Assembly: GCA_026936335.1 (NCBI GenBank)
Contig: JAPMXV010000006.1
Coordinates: forward strand, 124,001 to 188,000
Direction of reading: 5' to 3'
Source: Mantamonas sphyraenae STR306
Lineage: Eukaryota; Protista; CRuMs
Length of the DNA: 64,000 bases
Shown: positions 13,301 through 23,000 of the stretch, piece after piece
How positions within the stretch are numbered: the first letter of the stretch is position 1
Layout of the letters: every line of letters starts with the position of its first letter
Notes under the pieces: generated by a model
What the model was told of the DNA's origin: nothing
Databases searched by the model: none
Seen by the model: the letters and a program-made list of their open reading frames with translations, nothing else
Program-made: the position numbers and the translations under genes

Positions 13301-13874
13301 AGAAAGGGCTTGGACACAGCTCGACAAAACGTGGCCAGCAGTTTGGTGGCCACTCGCCCGCTGCCGAACGCCAGCATCGGGTCCTCTGTGTTCAGTGCAA
13401 CCGCGGCAGTGGAGAGTCAGATCAACGAGCGCGAGCACACGGGGCAACCAAGATAGGAGAATGAGATGTGAGGAGGACGGCGTGGTATGCGCAATGCGGT
13501 ACGAGGAGGGTTGTCGAGAAAGGCACTCGGCAAAACACACCTGCTCCGGCGATTTCGGCGACCAGCACGCGTTCGAGCAGGTCCATGTGCTTGTTGCGGT
13601 ACGCGTAGACGTTGACGAGCGAAGCAGCAGCCTTTTCGGCACCTGTCCCATCGATTGTCTCCAGAAAGCAGTCTGTAAACACCCAACTGTCCGTCAGGAG
13701 CTGCAGCGAACAGGAAGGGCAGGAGGTCAGCGCAGTTCAAAAGAGACACACCCAGCGCCACACTCTCTCACAGGCTCCGCCCAGCAGGGAGCAAAAGCGA
13801 CCATGGCTTTCCATCGCAGGCACACATACATTGAGCAGGTCTTGGTACTCAGCCAAAGACGAGGTTGAAGACAT
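9512..13874 (-). CDS. RasGAP-fold + four PH domains + C-terminal leucine-rich repeats; probably catalytically inactive GAP; ~5 exons
   Basis: ATG 13874 (MSSTSSLAEYQDLLN|GTATGT). Spliced exons give LLTDSWVFTDCFL...EIAGAEDPMLAFGSGRVATKLL, then ORF 11992-13089 (FLFQSFLCPVLVAPE, ILVLCAKVLQNVA, KEEHLSVLN, PH1 KKEGFLKQ..WVSLL). An intron at ~12122-12021 joins ORF 9512-12013, which has three more PH domains (WKKRYFVL, FKKRYAVL, FKKRYLKL) and ~8 LRRs (LxxLxLxxNxL). Confidence 0.85.
10283..10350. repeat. Coding (CTG/CTA)n microsatellite encoding poly-Ser
   Basis: Run of ctg/cta triplets; poly-S in the minus-strand ORF. Confidence 0.9.
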
Positions 13875-13932
13875 GGACAAAAAGTGTGGGTGGGTTGGTG
13901 GAGCCGCGCAGGTTGGCCCAGCACACGACGCC
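13875..13932. promoter_or_regulatory. Putative bidirectional promoter (58 bp between divergent ATGs)
   Basis: Head-to-head start codons at 13874 (-) and 13933 (+). Inferred from gene geometry only. Confidence 0.5.
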
Positions 13933-15712
13933 ATGAAGAGCTACCACATTGCCAGCATGGTGTGTGGAGGTGCACAGTTTCTGTTGTTCACCTCCTGGAT
14001 CATCTATGTCAAGTTTGTGCCCTTGCTTCTGGTGCAGGTCGGCCTGCCAAAGACCTTGTTTCCCATCGTTTTGGCCATTGATCTTTTTGCCAACATGCTC
14101 ATCAATCCCATTGCCGTATGTGCCCTTCGGATGTCCACACGCGTTGTTCCATTCTCCCTCATCCTTGTGTCCATGGGTGTGCGCATCTGTGTGTTGCCCT
14201 TTTCTCCCTGTGCGCAGCCCCCGTTCGCGACACTGCCCTCCATTTGTCAACCACACTCCCACGCTCCCCACACATCTGCTGCGTGCCCATTCCGTTGTCA
14301 ATGCCCGCTCACACGCATGAACCTCCACACGCGCACACCTCCGTATCTTTCGTGTGGCAATCCTTCGACGAAAAACATGTGTGTGCGGCGCTGAACAACC
14401 CACATCATCTCTGTGCAATTCCGCTCGACAGGCATTCTCCATGGAATGGCTCGCTCGGGTGCACCAAAAGTTCAGCATGTACTTGTTGGGCATCAACCTC
14501 TTTGCTTCCTTCTGCATCCTGATGACGCCTGTGTTTGCAGACGCAGGCAGCGCCGCAAGCGTGCTGGCCTGTCTCTTTGTCTGGAACATCTCCTCGTCCT
14601 TCCTGCGTGTCCCTCCTCTCTGGCTGGTGTTCCGCCACGTGCCTGCAGCAAAGACACGCACTTCTGTCATGTTGATCTGCCTGGGTCTCGCTGTCGGAGG
14701 TGCCATCCAGCCGCTGCTGGGGTTGGCGCTTGTGAACATCTCGCCCGTGGCCCCGTTCATCGTCAATACTGTCGTGCTCATCATTGTCACGGTGGGCATT
14801 TGGTACGCCGAGAGTGCCCTCATTGAACAGAGTGCCTTTGAGGAGAACCTGCGCCTGGTCCAGGAGGCCGAGGAAGAAGAACAGCCCAAGGATGTCGATT
14901 TCAGTGACAACTCGTACACTTCCCTCGAAGACCATCACCCTTCCAGCAAGGGCAAGGGCAAGAAATCAACACGCAGCCTTCTCAGCGACCAAGACCAGCT
15001 GGAGGCCCCCGCACGTGGCGCGTCTGCCGGAGCCCTTTCGGTGCAGGAAGCCCACCACGACGATGTAGACGAGACGGCGTCCCGGGATGCGTGGAGCGAG
15101 TTCTGGCGAGAGCTTGGATCGAAGTTGGCGGTCAGCTTGGCGGGCGTGCCCCTGGTCTTTATTATGCTGGGCACACTGTTTGTACACGCTGCGTTCGAAG
15201 GCCACTTCTTCTACAGTGCCTTTCGCCAGTTCACCACCGCGCTGCCAGGTAAGGAGAACCTTCCCATCATCAACGACTTTCTGTATCCGATCTTCTTCGG
15301 CGGCTTCTGCCTCATCTACCCGTTTACCTCGTTCATTTCGGGCAAGTACGGAGCGACCACCACGTGCACCATGGGCTGTACCCTGGGTCTCATCGGGGCT
15401 GTGCTCTGCGAGATCCCCACGCCGGCGGGCGTGATTATCGGCAATTTCATCAGTGGCACAGGGTACGGTTCCTGGTACAGCGCCGGCATGAGTGCCGTGT
15501 CCAACATTTCATCCGGCGATTCCGTGGCTCTGGGCGTGTTCTTCAGCATGATGAGCCTTGCTGGCGTCGTGCGCATCGTCGTCAACTTTTTGTTTCCCTT
15601 CAAGGTTCTGGAAGCAGCCTACCTCGTGCTCACGCCTCTCTTCTGGGTCCTTGCTCTCATTTTTCACCTCGTGGGATTGTACATGGCATGGCAGCATCGC
15701 AAGTGGCGATGA
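13933..15712 (+). CDS. Major-facilitator-superfamily-like 12-TM membrane transporter; 2 exons
   Basis: ATG 13933 MKSYHIASMVCGGAQFLLFTSWIIYVKF...INPIA|GTATGT. Intron ~14117-14430 joins ORF 14354-15712. Two bundles of ~6 hydrophobic helices flank a hydrophilic loop, and SFISGKYG resembles MFS motif A. Confidence 0.7.
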
Positions 15713-15756
15713 CGCGCGCGCGTTGGGACCACCAAAACAAAACCCTCAAATTGTTC

Positions 15757-17958
15757 ATGCAGGACGTGCAGACTCGCTACAGCCACTTGCTGCAGCCCAT
15801 TCGGTAGGTGCACATTCGCCAGTGAGACCGGGTACAGACACAGCCAATGATGGGAGAGCTCACACCCGTGTTTTTTGCCGCCGCACTGTTGCAGGGATCT
15901 GGCAAGCAACTGGAACATCGACCTGGCCACCGAGCTGGAGGAGTACCTGGACGAGCTGGAAACCATCAAGATCAGCTTTGATGGAGGTGCAACCAATGTC
16001 AACTTTGCTGAGGGTACGTGTGGCCATACGTGTCGAGAGTGACGACGCCAACAATTGGCTAACCCCGCTTCCCAAACCCGTACCCGAACACAGCCGCCCT
16101 GCTCATCCAGGGCTCGGCCTGCATCTACAGCAAGAAGGTGGAATATCTGTATGCCCTTTTGTACCAGACTCTGGACCTGATCATGGAGAAACGGTGCGTT
16201 TTACAGCCACAAGGACGTGCAACGTGCAGAGGCAGCACACTGACACTTTTCCACCGCCCTGAAAAATCCGCCAGCCGTCAAGCTGCTGCTTCGTCGTTGG
16301 ATAAGGAAGGCAACGACGCAGACGCCCTGTTTACAGCAGAGCCCGAGTTTCTCATGCTGGACAACATGATGGAGGGTGAGTGGACTTTGGTGGGACAGGA
16401 GGGACCGCCGCGGGAGAAGCGGGAAAAGGCGGCGTTCGAAATCCGTTTGACGTTTGCGCGCCAAAACAAACAGACACGCTCACACGGAGGGATGGGTTCT
16501 CACACGCGCCCATCGCACACGTGCCCACACACAGAGGCGGAAAACATTGATCTGGTGGATTCTCAATTCAAGAACAAGATCCAGAGGACAGGGATGGCAG
16601 GTCCGAGCCGCGGACGCACAAACAAGCTTCTGGCCGCGCCGCTGGCGCTTCTGAACATGGAGGGCGAGCAGAAGAACGGAGGGGGCTTCCGACTGAACGA
16701 TTGTGTGACACACGCCAACGGAGCACTGCTTCTGGACATCAAAGACCTGCACAACGAACACGCACACGACCTGAGTTTCCAGGACGTCGACCAGAGTTTC
16801 ATGAGCCTGGATGGAGGCGACGACCTGGGCTTTGACGGCTTCGATGGAGGCAACGACATGGGCGACATCTGGGACGAGGTGGGCACGTTTGACGCCCACG
16901 CGGATCCGCTGGCAGCGGTGCAGCGCCAACAGCAGCAGCTGGCTGGCGGAGATGCACAGCAAGCAAACGGAGGGCCGCGCCGGCTGCGCAACAGCGTCAA
17001 GCCACGCACACTGTTCCACATCTACCTGGACTCGGAGTTCAACAGCACCCACGAAGACCCGTGGAGCGTGATGGACCCGCACGAGGTCGTGGAAAGTGGC
17101 GTGAAGCCGTTCCGCAAGTCAAAGGCGGCCCATGTGGACGTGGCTGCTCTGCACCAAAAGAACAAACAGGTCAAGGCGGCAGCAGCAGCAGCCAAGGAGA
17201 ACCAGGAGGAGAATGTGGGCGTGTACGTCAATCCGATTGTGGACCAAAAGCAGGCCCTCAAGTCGCTGGCCGCGCTGCGCAGCTCGTACTTTGGAACCGA
17301 GTTTGCCGAGGCAACGCTGCGCGAGCAGAAGCGCCGCAACACACAAATGCGCCGCGAGCGCAAGGCGTTTGTTGAGCAGGCGCGTGCTCTGGGCCAGGAG
17401 GTGGACCCGTTTGGCGATGGCCTGTGGGATGGCAACGACTACGACGGAGGCGACGACGGCGATTTCGGCGGCGACTACGGCGAGTGGAACACCGCTGGAT
17501 TCAAGGGTCGCTTTGCAGATGGCCAATTTGGCCAGGGGGCGGCCCCACTGGCGCTGGACGAGCTGCTGATGCAGGGGGCAGAAAACACGAGTGTGACGTA
17601 CGACGACCTGTGCAGGGCGCACATCGACGCGTACATTGCATCGGCAAACAAGTACATCCAGCAAACCGACCTGAGCGTGCGTGTGGCGGCGTGGCAGGAC
17701 AAGATCGGGCCCACGTTGGCGGAGCAAGAGACACGCAGGCCGTTTGACATCCGCGAGTACGGCGAGGAGCTGCTCGATCACTTTCCCAAGGGCAAGAAGA
17801 ACGCACACAAGGCTGTGCCGTTTGAAACGCTGGCCAACAGCACCCAGACCTTTGACGTGTGCCGCAACTTTCTGGCCACGCTCCAACTGGCCAACGCTGG
17901 GCAAATTGAAATTGTCCCAGGCGACGAGTTTGGAGAGGTGAGTTTGCGGCGTCTGTGA
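15757..17958 (+). CDS. NCAPH2: Condensin-2 complex kleisin subunit H2; ~5 exons
   Basis: Spliced N-terminus [16 protein letters not shown]|[21 protein letters not shown]...NFAE|[29 protein letters not shown]-terminal winged helix has [24 protein letters not shown] and [20 protein letters not shown]. Confidence 0.95.
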
Positions 17959-18026
17959 GTTTGTGGGTTGTGAGCAAAATGGACGCACACTGCGCCGTCG
18001 CACCCACTCCGATCCCCTTCCCATCC

Positions 18027-19009
18027 ATGCAGCAGCGCCGTTTGCACGCTTTCGCTTTCGCGCTGCTCGTTCTGCTTGTGCTCGCAGCTGCGCCTGCCCA
18101 GGGCGTGCTTGTAGAATACAAACACACCACGGTGAGTTTGTGTGTGTGTGGAGATGGCCAAAAGTTGTACGGCCTGCCCACTGACACGCAGCGCTGTGTG
18201 CAAAAATCTCTCCCGACAACTCAGCTTGAGCCCCAGCAAATCGACTTTCAGCGGAGCGGCATGTTCTCGCCTGCCGACGCTCCGGCTTCGCAGGCACCAG
18301 GAAATGGCCATTCGTTCATTTCGGTGGATTGTATGTGTGCAGCGTCTGTGTGTTGCGAGACAAGCCAGTCGGCGGTCCCACCGCCCGCAGTTCACACCCC
18401 CTCCCGCACACTCACACGCACTCACTCACTCACTCACTCACCATCCACACTCACACATGCAGTGACCTTCAAGAGGAGCGACGCTTCGGACGAAGGCTTT
18501 GTAGACATCGTGGCCTTTGACTCGGTGCTGCTTCCGCGCATTGGCTTCAAGGAAGGCGAGGTATGTTGTGCCGGAGCGTTCCGCGTCGTACGCCTGCGGA
18601 CACACGCTCACACACACGCGTCCCCGCCCCGCTTCCTGTGATTCACCCTGTCCTTAGAAAACCCATTTTTGTTGTACACAAACGCTGATGGATGCGGGCC
18701 ACTGTTCCACGCTCCACCACCTGATTCTTCCGGGCGGCGACGATGCAAAGCGCCTGCTTTTCAACGCGCGCCTCTTTCTCAACACGTCCGTGGAACGCGT
18801 GTCCTTCAAGCAGAAGGCCGATGTGTACCGCAGCTCCATCTATTATCTGTACATGGCAAGCTGCTACAAGGGAACCAAGAGTTTGGACGTGCGCGGCCAC
18901 TCTGCCTGGATGAACCCGTTTGGCTACCTCCCTGGAGAATGGTGGGGCTTTGTGCCGGTGAGTTCCCAAAGGCCAACTCCCGCAATCGCAGTGGATTCTC
19001 CTTCCTCCA

Positions 19010-19044
<35 letters not shown>

Positions 19045-19979
19045 TCACGCTTCAAACTCCCCCCCCCCCCCCCGCGACGAAACAGTTCTTTGGCATCATG
19101 GCACTGGCGTACATTTTCCTCTCTCTGGTGTGGTTTGTGTTCTGTGTCATGTACTGGCGCGATATCCTTAAGCTGCAGGTGTACATGAGTGTGCTGCTGC
19201 TGCTGGGCTGGTTGGAAATGACCACCAAGTACGTCGAATGGACCCAGTTCAACGAGACGGGCTCGCACCCGGTCGCCGCCTTTGTCGTCGGCGTCACCTT
19301 TAGCATTATCAAGCGTGCGCTGTCCCGTATGCTCGTCCTTGCCGTTGCCATGGGCTACGGCGTTGTCAAACCCACCCTGGGCTCCGATGGACGCAAGGTC
19401 GTCGTCATCACCCTCATGTACTTTGTGGCTGCGTTCAGCTTTGAAATGGTCAACACCTTTGACCCCAATGTGGCCAAGCAGATGCGCTTCGTCCTCGCCC
19501 TGCCCGTTGCCACTCTCGACTCGGCCATCTACTGGTGGGTCCTTTTTGCCCTGGGCTCCACCTACAAGCAGCTCAAATCTCGCAACCAGAAGATCAAGCT
19601 CAAAATGTACTGGTGGCTCGGCGTCATTCTTGCCGTCAGTGCCCTCCTCTCGGTGGCCATCGGCTCGTACCAGGTCGCCATTGAGTACAACAACCTCCAC
19701 GACCAGGACTGGCACTACCTTTGGCTCGTCGAAGCCTACTGGTACTTTCTCAACTTTTCCATCATGTTTGGCATCTGCCTGTTGTGGCGTCCCACAAAGA
19801 ACAATGCTCGCTACGGCTACAGCGAGCTCGACACCGTTGACCGCGGTCTCGATGCCAGCGACGACGATGACACCGATCTTCAGCTCCACGACATGCGCAT
19901 GCGGCCTGTTCGAGTCGCCACAGACGACGCCGAGCTCGCGCCCACGCCTGGGAACGTCGCAGCGGCCAAGGGAGATTGA
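18027..19979 (+). CDS. TMEM87: GOST-family (TMEM87/GPR107, Lung_7-TM_R) seven-transmembrane Golgi protein; ~5 exons
   Basis: Signal peptide MQQRRLHAFAFALLVLLVLAAAPAQG. The lumenal domain has CCTQTLMDAGHC and WMNPFGYLPGE. The 7TM region has KRALSRMLVLAVAMGYGVVKPTLG and ICLLWRPTKNNARYGYS. An in-frame upstream ATG at 17979 is an alternative start. Confidence 0.88.
19014..19073. repeat. Intronic (TG)n microsatellite followed by a poly-C run
   Basis: Directly visible in the last TMEM87 intron. Confidence 0.9.
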
Positions 19980-20042
19980 GGGAGAGAGAAAAGAGGGAGC
20001 GACTGGACGCCCATCAAAAAACCCAATCTTGCAAACACCAGC

Positions 20043-23000
20043 ATGGATCGCCACGTGGCACTTCTTCTGGTGTTTGTCTCGGCATCGTTGATTGCTTCGA
20101 GCGTCGCCCGTACGTTGCGAACACATGCCACACTGCGCTTCTGTGACCTGGATGTCCCCATGCACCCCCTGCTGCAAACTCACCCCCTTTCTTCCGTTCA
20201 CCTGCGCACAGAAGTCCCGGACGACGGTTCTGCAGTCCCAATCGCCACCTCGGCCAACATTGCGTTTACAAACAACAACCTGACACTGACGAGCACGGCT
20301 TCCGGTACGTCACCCACGAAAAGAAGGGCCGGTGTCCTTTTTCTTCGTTTGTTTTTCTTCGGCTGGCTTCGGTGTACGTCCTGCGCCACTCACGCCTCTT
20401 CCCTTCTCGCCACATGCCCATGCTCCACAGGATACGGTAACGTTGGATTCACTTCGTCCATGCTGATCGAGGGCAATGCCACACATGCCTATGGCGTGCG
20501 TTTCCAGGTGCCCAGCGCTGGCAACCAGTTGGCCATCGGCCTCAGCAGCGCAAGCTCTGACTACAGCTTGTCAAGCGCCGACTTTCAGCTGCGCATCGAC
20601 GCCTCAGGCAATGTGGCTGTGGAGTACAAGGGCACCTCTGCCCTGTTGACCCCATGGACGAGTATGCCCACAAACACGGACGTTGATCTGGTCTATTTCA
20701 ACAGCACGGTCCAGTTCTGGATTGGAACCGCCCGCTACTTCAAGTTCATCCAAGTGCCCACCCTGCCCTTGCGCATCGTCGGTACCTGGGATGCCAACAG
20801 TGCACCCGTGACCATGTCTGTCATCAACAGGATTGCTTCGCTGGAGACGGACGTTGCCGACGCCGTGCCCATCAACTGGGACTCGTCCTACGGCATTGTC
20901 ACCGTCAACAATGGCAACGAAATCTGGGGAGTGCTGGCAAACTCTCTCTGCTCTCTCAACAGGACCCTCCAGACGTACAGCGACGGCACTGTGAGCAGTT
21001 TCTCCTGGAAGAATTCTGCCAATGGCGGCAACCAGGGCGGCAATTACAGATTCGAAATCGGCGTTTCCACCATCGTCGGATCGCACACGGCCGCTGTAGA
21101 CACCTGGGACGCGTCGTTGCGCCTCACTGGAAAGCATGGCACACAGCACTGGGGCTACACCTACGCTTACAACGGAGCCACCAGTGACACAGTGCTTATG
21201 TCTACCTCGCGGTACACCGAAGGCACCAAGTGGGAGTACGTCTTTGACAATGGCTACCTCCTGCTCGAAAACAACGACAACCTGGAAACGTTTTTCGAAA
21301 GCTTCTACCAGCCCGGCACGCAATTGGTGGTCAACATCAAGTTGGTGACCGCTGGTACGCGCATGCTCCAGGTGCGCGTCGGCGACATCCCAGGCGCAAG
21401 CCTGTTGGAGCAGCCGCGCGCTGACGCCCTGGACATCTTCTACAACCGGACCAAGTACATTCAGCTGACTGCAAACAGGACCACGATCGCCTCTGGTGGC
21501 GACTCTTTCAAAGCTGGCTTTGTGGCAAACGACATCTTTGATGCCAGCACCAGCAGCGGACGCGCCGTGGGCCTACGCTTTTCAGACGTCAACAGCCTTG
21601 ACCCTGTCTCGTTTGGCTTCCACAACGCTTCGCTTCCAGTCTCGTATCCCTATGTAGCTGCTGAGTGGGACTACTTGCTTTTGTGCAACACTCCACACTC
21701 CAGCGTGTTTCCTTGCACTGCCTACGAAAAGGGCGTCTCGATCCCCCATCTCAGCGGCAACTACCCGAACGAAGTCAACAACTGGGAATTCACCATCCGC
21801 GACGGTTACGTGTGGATCCTGCAGAGCAGTGTGCCAGAGAAGGCAGGAAAGTTCCCTACCCCAGCCACAGGTACCTACAAGGTGGGCATGATTTCAGGTT
21901 CCGGCGCCGGCACGCTCGCCACGCAAATCCGAAAGGTGGACGAGGCGACCAACCCTCCTGCGGCCAACACCCTGACGGCAGCTCCGGACGCTGTAAACTC
22001 AGCCATGCTAAACCCGTTGGTGAACAACACGGCTCTGGCCGGAATCGCCGGTACGAACTACTTTCGGCACGCGTATGCCATTCCTCGTGACCCCACACGC
22101 GTGTACGGTGTCACGTGGAAGGCAAACAGGGGCAGCTCCCAAGACTGGTATGTAGGCCTCAGCCCCAACCCAGACCCGTCCCTTGACGAGACCATTGACG
22201 CGTGGGACATCAACGTGAAGGCCGACATCAACTACTCCAACAGTCTGCTGCGCATGTACGCGCGTACAAACGCCACCGTGGTATCGGATTACTTTGACCA
22301 GCCAAACTCCCAAGAGTACACGTATTCGTTCAAGGTTTTTGGCAATGCTGTGCGCTGGGAGGCGCAAGGCAATATGGAGTATCAATGGGCAACAGGCACC
22401 GCGCCGGAGGGGCCCCTGTACCTTCGTATGGGCATTCTCGGGTATTCCATCTATGACGTGTTCCTCATCAATGACACATTCACGCCCCAGCACGTAGACC
22501 CGCTGGCCATTGTGCCAGACGAGTTCACGGGCATCCACGGCAGTTTCACACCCTCGGAAAACGTGACCAAGTTTGTGAGCTCGTTTGCGCGCGGTGCGGA
22601 CGGAGACTACGCTGCGTCGCCGTACGCCATTCACCGAGACGACACGCGTGAGGTGGGACTGACGTTCCAAGATCTTCCAGGCACTCACAACGCCGCCAGT
22701 ATCCAGGGTGGCTTTGCCAACGACTCTGCCGTCGGCGCGTCCAAGTGGCTGTACCAAGTGTCCTGCGATGTGAACTACGCCAACAATCACGTACGTTGCA
22801 AGTTCCTTCAAGGCCTGGACGAGGAGGTGGTCGGTTCCACGGGTGTCGTGGCACTGTACCCGAACCAGCAATCGGAGCTGCGCATGATTGCGCGTGGCGA
22901 CGAGGTGTGGGTGGAAACCAACTATGGGCGCGTGTTTACGTTCCCAGCAGCCGCTCAGTACCCGATGTACCCTCGCGTGGGGGCAAAGGGACGCTATTTC

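Noticed and set aside
16193-20430. Several stop-free introns of length 3n (NCAPH2 introns 3-4, secreted protein introns 1-2, also one in GCP2) as a sign of unusual splicing or NMD loss
   Set aside because: With ~100-nt GC-rich introns, a handful of stop-free 3n introns among several dozen is roughly what chance predicts.
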